From Promethearchaeota archaeon (GTDB taxonomy: Archaea > Asgardarchaeota > Lokiarchaeia > Sigyniarchaeales > SOKP01): a DNA stretch of 16,607 nt. Each line of letters starts with the position of its first letter. Within the stretch, counting starts at the first letter, position 1. Location: positions 1-16,607 of the forward strand of contig JBHLLU010000073.1 of the NCBI GenBank assembly GCA_048938895.1, in the 5' to 3' direction. The translations under genes were made by a program, and so were the position numbers. The notes under the pieces are model-generated. The model was not told where the DNA came from. It saw only the letters and a list, made by a program, of their open reading frames with translations, and ran no database searches. This document shows, one piece after another, positions 1-7,372 of this stretch.

Positions 1-1
1 C

Positions 2-1219
2 ATTGCAGTATTAGGTGAATATGATGCGTTGCCTGGGTTGAGTCAAATTACTGAACCTGTAAGAAAGCCTTTAAAAGAAGGAGCACCAGGTCATGGTTGC
101 GGTCATAATCTTTTGGGCGTTGCAGGAATAGGTGCAGTTCTAGCTATAAAAAGAGCAATCGATGCTGGTGAAGTGAAAGGAACCATAAAATACTATGGAT
201 GTCCTGCTGAAGAAATATTTAATACTAAAGGGTATATGATTAAACCTGGAAACTCTTTTGAAGATGTTGATATCTCTATTACATGGCATCCGGGGATTGT
301 TAATGGGATCGCGGTCCAGTCAAATAATGCCATGAACTCTGTATTTTTTAAGTTTTACGGGAAAACTGCACATGCAGCAGCAGATCCTTATAATGGTCGA
401 AGTGCACTCGATGCGGTAGAACTTATGAATGTAGGTGCCAATTATATGCGTGAACACATGATACCAGATGCTCGACTTCATTATGTGATAACCAATGGTG
501 GTCTTGCCCCTAATGTGGTTCCTGATGAAGCTGAGGTACATTATTTCGTCCGATCTCCTGAACGATGCCAAGTTGATGAACTATACGAGCGTTTAATAAA
601 TGTGGCTAAGGGCGCTGTATTGATGACAGAAACTCGACTAGAGATTGATTTCTTTAGTGGTACTTATAATCCTGTGAGAAATGATGTAGTTAACCATGTC
701 ATTTATGAAAAAATGAAGGATTTAGGCCCTCCGTTATTTAGTAAAGAAGAAAAAAGCTTTGCAGAAGAGTTGAAGAAAACTGTACCTCCACCGGATTTTA
801 CAGGAATGAAAAAAATCGTACCTCCTGAAAAATGGGAAAGGGCAATGGAAAACCTTAAACAACCATTGTTTCCCGTCGTATCTCCTCCTTTAGGAAAAGG
901 AACAGTCATGGCGGGATCTACCGATGTTGGAGATGTGTCATGGAATACCCCGTTAGGAGAATTTGGGACTGCTTGTCATGTAACAGGTTCACCGGGGCAT
1001 TCATGGCAAAATGTAGTTACTTCAGGAATGAGTATAGGACATAAAGGAATGATTAAAGCGGCTCAAATTATTTGTCTTTCTGCTTTAGAATTTTTACATA
1101 ACCCAGAATTAGTACAAAAAGCATGTGAAGAATTTAACAATGAATTTAAAGACAAAAGCTATAAATCTCCTTTCCCTGAAGGATATACACTTCCTTTGCA
1201 TCGATTAATCAGGGAATAG
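2..1219 (+). CDS. abgB: M20-family amidohydrolase, p-aminobenzoyl-glutamate hydrolase subunit B (AbgB)-like; 5' partial
   Basis: The frame is open from position 2 (IAVLGEYDALPGLSQ), so the TTG at 29 is internal and the start lies upstream of the window. Motifs GEYDALPGLSQ, GHGCGHNLLG, GCPAEE, WHP, HAAADPYNGRSALDAVEL, GSTDVGDVSW and HSWQ match the AbgB subfamily. The substrate is uncertain. Confidence 0.88.
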   Translation: MAVLGEYDALPGLSQITEPVRKPLKEGAPGHGCGHNLLGVAGIGAVLAIKRAIDAGEVKGTIKYYGCPAEEIFNTKGYMIKPGNSFEDVDISITWHPGIVNGIAVQSNNAMNSVFFKFYGKTAHAAADPYNGRSALDAVELMNVGANYMREHMIPDARLHYVITNGGLAPNVVPDEAEVHYFVRSPERCQVDELYERLINVAKGAVLMTETRLEIDFFSGTYNPVRNDVVNHVIYEKMKDLGPPLFSKEEKSFAEELKKTVPPPDFTGMKKIVPPEKWERAMENLKQPLFPVVSPPLGKGTVMAGSTDVGDVSWNTPLGEFGTACHVTGSPGHSWQNVVTSGMSIGHKGMIKAAQIICLSALEFLHNPELVQKACEEFNNEFKDKSYKSPFPEGYTLPLHRLIRE

Positions 1220-1225
1220 AGAAGT

Positions 1226-2722
1226 TTATCTATATTTTATTGTTCCTTGCCTTTGTCTGTATTCTGTATATTTACAAACTTTTGCTAGGGCATTTACTGG
1301 TCTATCCCATAATTGAAAAAGTAATGCTCCAATTTTTCTTAACCGTTTAGACCAAGGACTTGAAAAACTCATTGGACTGACATACAATATCGGTATTGAA
1401 TAATGCTTAGAATTTTTCATTGTAGGATGTAATAATTTTTGGGCTAATGAATCCATAATTTCATCAGATTGATGTTGAAACTCTGCGGTTTTAGCAATTT
1501 TCTCATTTTTGAGATAATCGTCTAAAACGTCTTGAAATCCTACAACCCCATACTGAATTATTGCATCAATTTCTCCAGATTTCATAAGTATTTCAGGTAA
1601 GTTTATGTAGAAGTAGGGTAAATTCATATCAAATGCACAATCTACCGGATTTTTAGCACTAGCATTGGAAGGTAAAATCTCAAATAAATGGTTTTGCAAG
1701 GATTCAGATAATTCCGGTATGACAAGTCCCTTTTTTTCTGCGTTGTTTGCTGCCATTGCTCCTGGACCACCAGAATTTGTTATAATACCGAGTCTTTTTC
1801 CTTTAGGTAAAATACCTCTAGATAGAATTAGAGCAATATCCAAAAATTCTTGCACATAGTCTGTTTGTATTATTCCTGTTTCCTTAAAAACAGCATTATA
1901 TAACTTAGCATTCCCTGCTATTGAACCAGTATGGCTTTTAAGAGCTCTATTACCTGCTTCTGAACCTCCAACATATATAGCTATAATAGGCTTTTTCTGA
2001 GTAATCTCCTTTGCTAATTCTAAAAATCGTTTACCTCGCTTTAATTCCTCAATATACAACCCAATAACACCTGTATCGTTATCATCTTTAAAATATTCCA
2101 AACAATCAACTATGTCAATATTTGCCTCATTCCCAACGGATAGAGATTTGCTTAAACCTAAATCAATACTTTTTGGATCAAACCAAATGTGACTGGAAAG
2201 TGTGCCACTCTGGGAAGCGATTGAGAAGTTATCTTTTTTAATACGCTCCCAGATGGAAGTATTAAAAGCCATATTCTCATTATTATTCCCATACCAGTTA
2301 TTAAATACTCCTAAACAGTTGGGTCCAATAAATCTCATACCATAATGGTTTGCAATTACATTAATTTCTTCTGTAAGAGTATTCTCACGACTCCCTTCTA
2401 ATTCTCTGAATCCTCCTGAAATTACAATAATTCTTTTTACTCCTTTTTCTCCACATTCTTTAAATATTTGAGGAACCAATTTCGCAGATAAAACAATAAC
2501 AACAAGTTCAGGTACTTCTGGTAATTCTGCTATTGATCTATATGCTTTATACCCCATAACTGAATCCAGTTTTAAATGAATAGGAAAGATATTTCCATCA
2601 TAATTAGACTTAATTAAGTTCATAATTATTATTGCTGCTAAAGAGCTTCCTTTGTTATTAGCCCCAAAAAATGCAATACTTTTTGGATTCAAAAATCCAT
2701 GAAGAAAGTGACTTTCACTCAT
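1226..2722 (-). CDS. acdA: Acyl-CoA synthetase (NDP-forming) alpha subunit / acetate-CoA ligase family
   Basis: CoA-binding N-terminus (LNPKSIAFFGA), GPNCLG, SQSG, SVGNEA, phospho-His motif SHTGS, TNSGGPG and NPVD. At 498 aa it has no fused ATP-grasp beta domain. Confidence 0.9.
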   Translation of the reverse strand: MSESHFLHGFLNPKSIAFFGANNKGSSLAAIIIMNLIKSNYDGNIFPIHLKLDSVMGYKAYRSIAELPEVPELVVIVLSAKLVPQIFKECGEKGVKRIIVISGGFRELEGSRENTLTEEINVIANHYGMRFIGPNCLGVFNNWYGNNNENMAFNTSIWERIKKDNFSIASQSGTLSSHIWFDPKSIDLGLSKSLSVGNEANIDIVDCLEYFKDDNDTGVIGLYIEELKRGKRFLELAKEITQKKPIIAIYVGGSEAGNRALKSHTGSIAGNAKLYNAVFKETGIIQTDYVQEFLDIALILSRGILPKGKRLGIITNSGGPGAMAANNAEKKGLVIPELSESLQNHLFEILPSNASAKNPVDCAFDMNLPYFYINLPEILMKSGEIDAIIQYGVVGFQDVLDDYLKNEKIAKTAEFQHQSDEIMDSLAQKLLHPTMKNSKHYSIPILYVSPMSFSSPWSKRLRKIGALLFQLWDRPVNALAKVCKYTEYRQRQGTIKYR

Positions 2723-2834
2723 GATAAAAACCTAAATCAGTAAATATTTCATAATTTTAAAACAGAGGACATGGATTTTAATAATTTAAAAAATTATAAA
2801 AAATAATTAATATTCAAAATTAAGGTAATTTATA

Positions 2835-3131
2835 ATGAGTGATAATGGAGAAGAAAAAGAAAATTTCATTGATAAGATTAATAAGGGAATTACTGATCTT
2901 TTCGGGAATGTTTTTGGAGAATCTGGAAAAGACTTTATCGAAGAAACTTTAGAAAAAGTAAAAGAGTTTTCAAGTGAAGCTCTTAGTAAAGGTTTAGAGT
3001 TTGCTGATTCGGTGAGTGAACAACTTAAAATTCAAGATAATGAACAATATATTAAAACTCGAGACAGCGTAGAGGATTTATTAAAACAAGCCGGTTTACT
3101 TAAAGAAAGTGAAGAGGAAGAAGAGTTTTAA
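2835..3131 (+). CDS. Hypothetical acidic, helical protein (98 aa)
   Basis: ATG-initiated ORF filling a gap between AT-rich intergenic regions, preceded by AAGGT. Amphipathic helical pattern and an acidic C-terminal tail EESEEEEEF. Confidence 0.75.
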   Translation: MSDNGEEKENFIDKINKGITDLFGNVFGESGKDFIEETLEKVKEFSSEALSKGLEFADSVSEQLKIQDNEQYIKTRDSVEDLLKQAGLLKESEEEEEF

Positions 3132-3199
3132 TTTTAAATTATTATTTTTAAAAGGATTTATTCTTTTATTCTTATTTTTTTAAAAGTTTATACAAAAAT
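3132..3199. terminator. Probable terminator region between convergent genes
   Basis: T-rich tracts (TTATTTTTAAAAG and TTATTTTTTTAAAAG, an imperfect direct repeat) between the two convergent stop codons, in the archaeal oligo-T style. Confidence 0.45.
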
Positions 3200-3448
3200 T
3201 TATTCAAAAACCTTTGCATTTTTCAGGAAAGATTTAATCTCTTCTTGAGTTGCATTGAATAATTCCGAAATAACCATCAATGATGTATTCTCATCCATTC
3301 CAAGACCTCGGTAATCCTGCCATAATTTTATCCATGTCTCTTTTTGTGAATATTTCTCGGGATGTTCAGCTTGAACATGAGCCCAATATGGGTGTTCTAA
3401 TTCAATGCCGCAGTATGGACAAAACCTAGATTCTTGATCATCGCTCAT
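3200..3448 (-). CDS. Small C2H2-type zinc-finger protein with C-terminal helical domain (82 aa)
   Basis: FCPYCGIELEHPYWAHVQAEH gives C-x2-C-x10-H-x4-H, followed by predicted short helices. Purine-rich GAGAAGTGG lies upstream. Confidence 0.75.
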   Translation of the reverse strand: MSDDQESRFCPYCGIELEHPYWAHVQAEHPEKYSQKETWIKLWQDYRGLGMDENTSLMVISELFNATQEEIKSFLKNAKVFE

Positions 3449-3568
3449 ATTTTTTTTCCACTTCTCTTAAAAAATAATCTTATGAATAATTGTAATATAC
3501 AATTATTAGTTTAAAAAATTTTTATTTAATTTGTAATAGAAATACACTTTCTTAAAATTGATATTTGT

Positions 3569-4087
3569 TCATTCCCAGTTTTTATCTAGCTCTTCTCGTG
3601 TCAAATTTCTAATTGTATCTACTGCCCATACTACAAATTTATAACAAGTTTTCTGCCATACACCTTTTTCTCTGTATTGTAAATAATTTTCCGACTGGCT
3701 AAAATCATAACCACATAACTCTGAACATATGACACTCCCAAATTGTTTCTCAAATTCAGAGCAATATTTTGCAGCTTTAAAATAAGCAAGTGCCATAGTG
3801 TCATCATCCATTAATTTTCTTCCACCCATAATTGCCCCTATGGCAGCACATGCACCTGTTACTGCACCACATGCCCCCATCCAGCCTTCTTTTGATTTGT
3901 AACCTCCAAATCCTCCCGCTAAAGGTTTGGCTATATTATGGAACATATAATTATCAACATTAAGAACTTCCAAAATACTTGTTAATGTTAATTCAGCACA
4001 ATTTACCCCTACAGTTCGGTTGGGTAATTCCTTCTCTAATCCCTTAACTTTTTCATCAAATTTAGCCTGTAAATTATTCTCTACCAT
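3569..4087 (-). CDS. C_GCAxxG_C_C family putative redox-active protein
   Basis: NCAE, GGFGG, ACGAVTGA, FGSVICSELCG and TCYKFV give the family's Cys pattern. Confidence 0.88.
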   Translation of the reverse strand: MVENNLQAKFDEKVKGLEKELPNRTVGVNCAELTLTSILEVLNVDNYMFHNIAKPLAGGFGGYKSKEGWMGACGAVTGACAAIGAIMGGRKLMDDDTMALAYFKAAKYCSEFEKQFGSVICSELCGYDFSQSENYLQYREKGVWQKTCYKFVVWAVDTIRNLTREELDKNWE

Positions 4088-4114
4088 ATTTACTATCCTT
4101 TTGTTTTATTTGTA

Positions 4115-4624
4115 TTATTCTTCAGGAGTGAAACCAGCATCTAAAATTATTTCAGTAGCTAGTCTTGAGATAGTTCCTACTAGATTAGAACAATGTTTCA
4201 TCATATCAGATTCAAAAGCTGCTTTTAATTCGTCTGGATCCCATAAGTTATATGTTCTACCCACTAACGATTCCTGAACGTCATGACATCTACATGAGCC
4301 ATATTTTTCGACATATTTATCAAGCAGTTTCTTTACAAGGGTATAAGATTTCATAGGTTTATACATATCTCCAAAATCTTTTAAATCTCTCCCAAACAAA
4401 TAACTAATTACCATAGAAGCGCCTGTTAACGCACCACAAGCAGATTCTCCAGTTAAACCGAATCCATCAGCTAGTCCACTTCCAGCTTTAAAAACATCAT
4501 CGCTCCAAATTCCTAAAGCTTCAAATATAGCAGCTATAGAAGTTTGAGCACAGCCTGTATTCTTCTTCTCATATTTTTGCCCTAATTCAAAGGCTTTAGC
4601 TAGAATTTTTTCTTTTTCCATCAT
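4115..4624 (-). CDS. C_GCAxxG_C_C family putative redox-active protein (tandem paralogue)
   Basis: GCAQ, LADGFG, ACGALTGA, YGSCRCHDV and HCSNLV give the family's Cys pattern. Confidence 0.88.
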   Translation of the reverse strand: MMEKEKILAKAFELGQKYEKKNTGCAQTSIAAIFEALGIWSDDVFKAGSGLADGFGLTGESACGALTGASMVISYLFGRDLKDFGDMYKPMKSYTLVKKLLDKYVEKYGSCRCHDVQESLVGRTYNLWDPDELKAAFESDMMKHCSNLVGTISRLATEIILDAGFTPEE

Positions 4625-4685
4625 AATTAATATAAATTATTTTATTGGTATTGTATAACTTTTTATAAAATTTAAAAAATTAGAT

Positions 4686-5909
4686 TTAGAGGTCATAAAG
4701 ATCAACTTCCTTTATAATTAATACATCTTCTCCTGAAAGATTCTTTCCACAATATTTAGCATATCTATCAAGAAAGCCCATCGGATCTGTAAACGCTTCT
4801 TCTGGAGTAAGAACTCCCTTTTCAATAATTTCTCCATTTACTAACATTTCTACAGTAATTGCTAATGGAATTCCAGTTACTCCTGCCATCCCCCCAGCGG
4901 GTACCTTTTCATTAGCAATTGCGATTTTTTTTCTCTTTCCCTCTTTTGTACCAATTGCAATAACACTCAATCCAGGGGGCATGCCTATATACTCTTTAAT
5001 ATTTTCTGAAGTCCTTGGTTGGTCTCTTAATTCCTCATAAAATTTAATAGACGCTTCACTTACACTGAGTTCTTTATTCCTTATTTTTTGAGTATATTTA
5101 CGAATTATTTCTGTTATTCCCTTACCCATATACATTAAATTTGAGACAGATTTTACCTTTAAAACCCTTGGGAGTGTTACTGGTTCAGGATGACCAATAT
5201 GACATACATAAGTGTCCTTAAATCCAGGAAATTGATAAGGTTCTGCATCAGTTAACGGTTTAATATTTATAAACTTACCATCTTTGTAGATTGGGAAATC
5301 TTCTAGTGTCTCATAAAAAAGATGCATTGTGGCTGCGTTTGCTATAATTGGCATGTCTTTATACTTCTTATAAAATAGTCTTGCAGGTACATAATATTTG
5401 GGATTTTCTCCCACTTTACCGGCACCACCAGTGCCCCATGCTGTAATGAGATCATTAACTTCATCGAGTTTAGAGCAGGCGATTACAGCCATTATATTAG
5501 TAATTCCAGGACTCGCACCTATACCTATAATTCCTGTAATCTCAGCTTTTTTAGCCTTTTCATTCATTTCAAGGAGATCTAAAGTTGGTTTCCAATCATC
5601 ACATATATCCACATAATGTTTCTTAGCTTTAATAACAGAATCCAAAATCGAAGTTGTATATTTATAGTATGGACCAACTGTGTTCATTACGATATCATGA
5701 GAAGCTATTAAATCTTGTAACTTATCTTTGTAAGTTACATCAATTTCAGCGGGTATAAGTTTATCAGAACCAATTATATCGATAAAATGGTTCACTCTTT
5801 CAATATTTTTATCTGCTACTGTAATATAAGAAATAGTTGGAGATTCAAGCAGAATTGATACTGCCATTCTCCCCATGTCTCCAGATCCTCCTAATGCTAA
5901 TACCTTCAT
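4686..5909 (-). CDS. Saccharopine dehydrogenase / lysine 6-dehydrogenase-like NAD(P)-dependent oxidoreductase
   Basis: Rossmann start KVLALGGSGDMG, then NTVGPYY, YVDICDD, GIGASPGITN, HPEPVTLP and GVLTPEEAF. Confidence 0.87.
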   Translation of the reverse strand: MKVLALGGSGDMGRMAVSILLESPTISYITVADKNIERVNHFIDIIGSDKLIPAEIDVTYKDKLQDLIASHDIVMNTVGPYYKYTTSILDSVIKAKKHYVDICDDWKPTLDLLEMNEKAKKAEITGIIGIGASPGITNIMAVIACSKLDEVNDLITAWGTGGAGKVGENPKYYVPARLFYKKYKDMPIIANAATMHLFYETLEDFPIYKDGKFINIKPLTDAEPYQFPGFKDTYVCHIGHPEPVTLPRVLKVKSVSNLMYMGKGITEIIRKYTQKIRNKELSVSEASIKFYEELRDQPRTSENIKEYIGMPPGLSVIAIGTKEGKRKKIAIANEKVPAGGMAGVTGIPLAITVEMLVNGEIIEKGVLTPEEAFTDPMGFLDRYAKYCGKNLSGEDVLIIKEVDLYDL

Positions 5910-6051
5910 TTTTGATTTCTTTTCAATTTTTTTATTGGATCAAAATATCACTACTCAACGCAATTGATCCTTTGTCATTTCTCTATAAAAATATTTATTA
6001 CTTGATTAATGTTGTATAATAATTAAATCATTTAATGAAAGGGAGACTTTA

Positions 6052-7359
6052 ATGTCAAGAAAAGAAATTGCCTGGTATGAAAACGATATGCTTAAGGACA
6101 TGTATATCAAAGCAGGTTCAAATGCCTTCAGAGGGTATCATTCTCCAATTGTCACTCCTAAAACTACTTTTGTTGGAACGAATAGCTTAAATGATTTTAT
6201 TAACCACATATCCGCTTATCTATCCGATGACGAAAGAAGGGTTTTGATAGTGGTTGATAAAGATTTACGAAAGCTGGGCGAAAGAGTTGCTAAAAGATTA
6301 GATCAGCGAAGAATTGATTCAAGATTTTATGATAACGTGCTTCCAGATGCACCTAAGTTCACAATACTTGAGGGAGCTAAAATCTGTGAAGAATTTGATC
6401 CAAAAGTAATTCTAGCTATAGGTGGTGGTTCTGCTATGGATACTGCAAAGCTAATTTTACTATATTATGAACAGCCGAATATTAATATTAACAATATGAG
6501 TGCTCCATATTATGCCGGGCTTAGGAAAAAAGTAAAGATTCTTGCGGCAATACCTACTACTTCAGGAACAGGCGCAGAAACAACATTTATAGCTGTGGTG
6601 ACAGATACAGATAGAGATCCACCTAAAAAAACAGAGGTTGTCTTGTATGAATTTTGTCCAGATTTCGTAGTTCTTCATCCCGATTTTGTTAAGACTATGC
6701 CTCCTAGTTTAACTACTGGAACGGGAATGGATGCACTTGCTCATTCAATGGGTTCTTACATACTTACAATGAGTACTTTATTCACTGACATGCATAATTT
6801 GAAAGCAATTGAACTGATTTTAAAGTATTTACCTCGCTCTGTGAGAAGAGGGAGTGATATGGAAGCAAGAGAAAAAATGCAGATGGCAGCATATATAGCG
6901 GGAATAGGATTTGGGAACATTTCTGGAGGGATAGAACATTCTTTAGGTCATTCTTTTGGAGCTTTGTTCCATGTTCATCATGGAATATGTGTAGGTTTAT
7001 TTTTATGCGCTTCGATTGCTTTTCAAGCAAAAGTGACGAATAGATTTATTGACCTTGCCAAACTATTTAATATAAAAGTTGAAAAAAGAGAGAGAGATGA
7101 GATTTTAAGAGATTTACTTATTGATTTAAGAGAATTTATGAATAATGTAAATTGTCCCTTATCTATTCAAGAGCTAGATGACCCTAAGATATCAAAAGCG
7201 GATTATTTTGATAAGTTGGAACAACTGATCGAATTTGCATTTAACGATTATTGTACATTATCATCTACACGTAGAATTAACCGCTTACAATACAAAAAAA
7301 TCTTTGAAATAACCTATGAAAACAAATTAGAAGATTTAATGAGTTTATTTTATGAATAG
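6052..7359 (+). CDS. Iron-containing (group III) alcohol dehydrogenase
   Basis: GGGSAMDTAK, IPTTSGTGAE, and metal ligands in GMDALAHS, EHSLGHS and VHHG. SD-like GGGAG lies just upstream. Confidence 0.93.
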   Translation: MSRKEIAWYENDMLKDMYIKAGSNAFRGYHSPIVTPKTTFVGTNSLNDFINHISAYLSDDERRVLIVVDKDLRKLGERVAKRLDQRRIDSRFYDNVLPDAPKFTILEGAKICEEFDPKVILAIGGGSAMDTAKLILLYYEQPNININNMSAPYYAGLRKKVKILAAIPTTSGTGAETTFIAVVTDTDRDPPKKTEVVLYEFCPDFVVLHPDFVKTMPPSLTTGTGMDALAHSMGSYILTMSTLFTDMHNLKAIELILKYLPRSVRRGSDMEAREKMQMAAYIAGIGFGNISGGIEHSLGHSFGALFHVHHGICVGLFLCASIAFQAKVTNRFIDLAKLFNIKVEKRERDEILRDLLIDLREFMNNVNCPLSIQELDDPKISKADYFDKLEQLIEFAFNDYCTLSSTRRINRLQYKKIFEITYENKLEDLMSLFYE

Positions 7360-7365
7360 GAGGTG
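7358..7365 (+). promoter_or_regulatory. Shine-Dalgarno AGGAGGTG for aor, overlapping the adh stop codon
   Basis: AGGAGGTG at 7358-7365 is 7 nt before an in-frame TTG at 7373. Confidence 0.7.
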
Positions 7366-7372
7366 TGAAAAA

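Noticed and set aside
29-31. ORF-track start of the amidohydrolase at TTG 29
   Set aside because: The frame is open upstream and encodes the conserved GEYDAL motif, so the gene is 5'-truncated by the window.
320-1859. Short ORFs 320-571(-), 703-909(-), 1665-1859(+)
   Set aside because: Antisense shadows inside the well-supported abgB and acdA genes, with no recognisable motifs.
3569-3571. TGA stop of a C_GCAxxG_C_C gene as possible selenocysteine
   Set aside because: All family Cys positions are already present, the TGA is at the natural C-terminus, and readthrough would hit TAA within a few codons.
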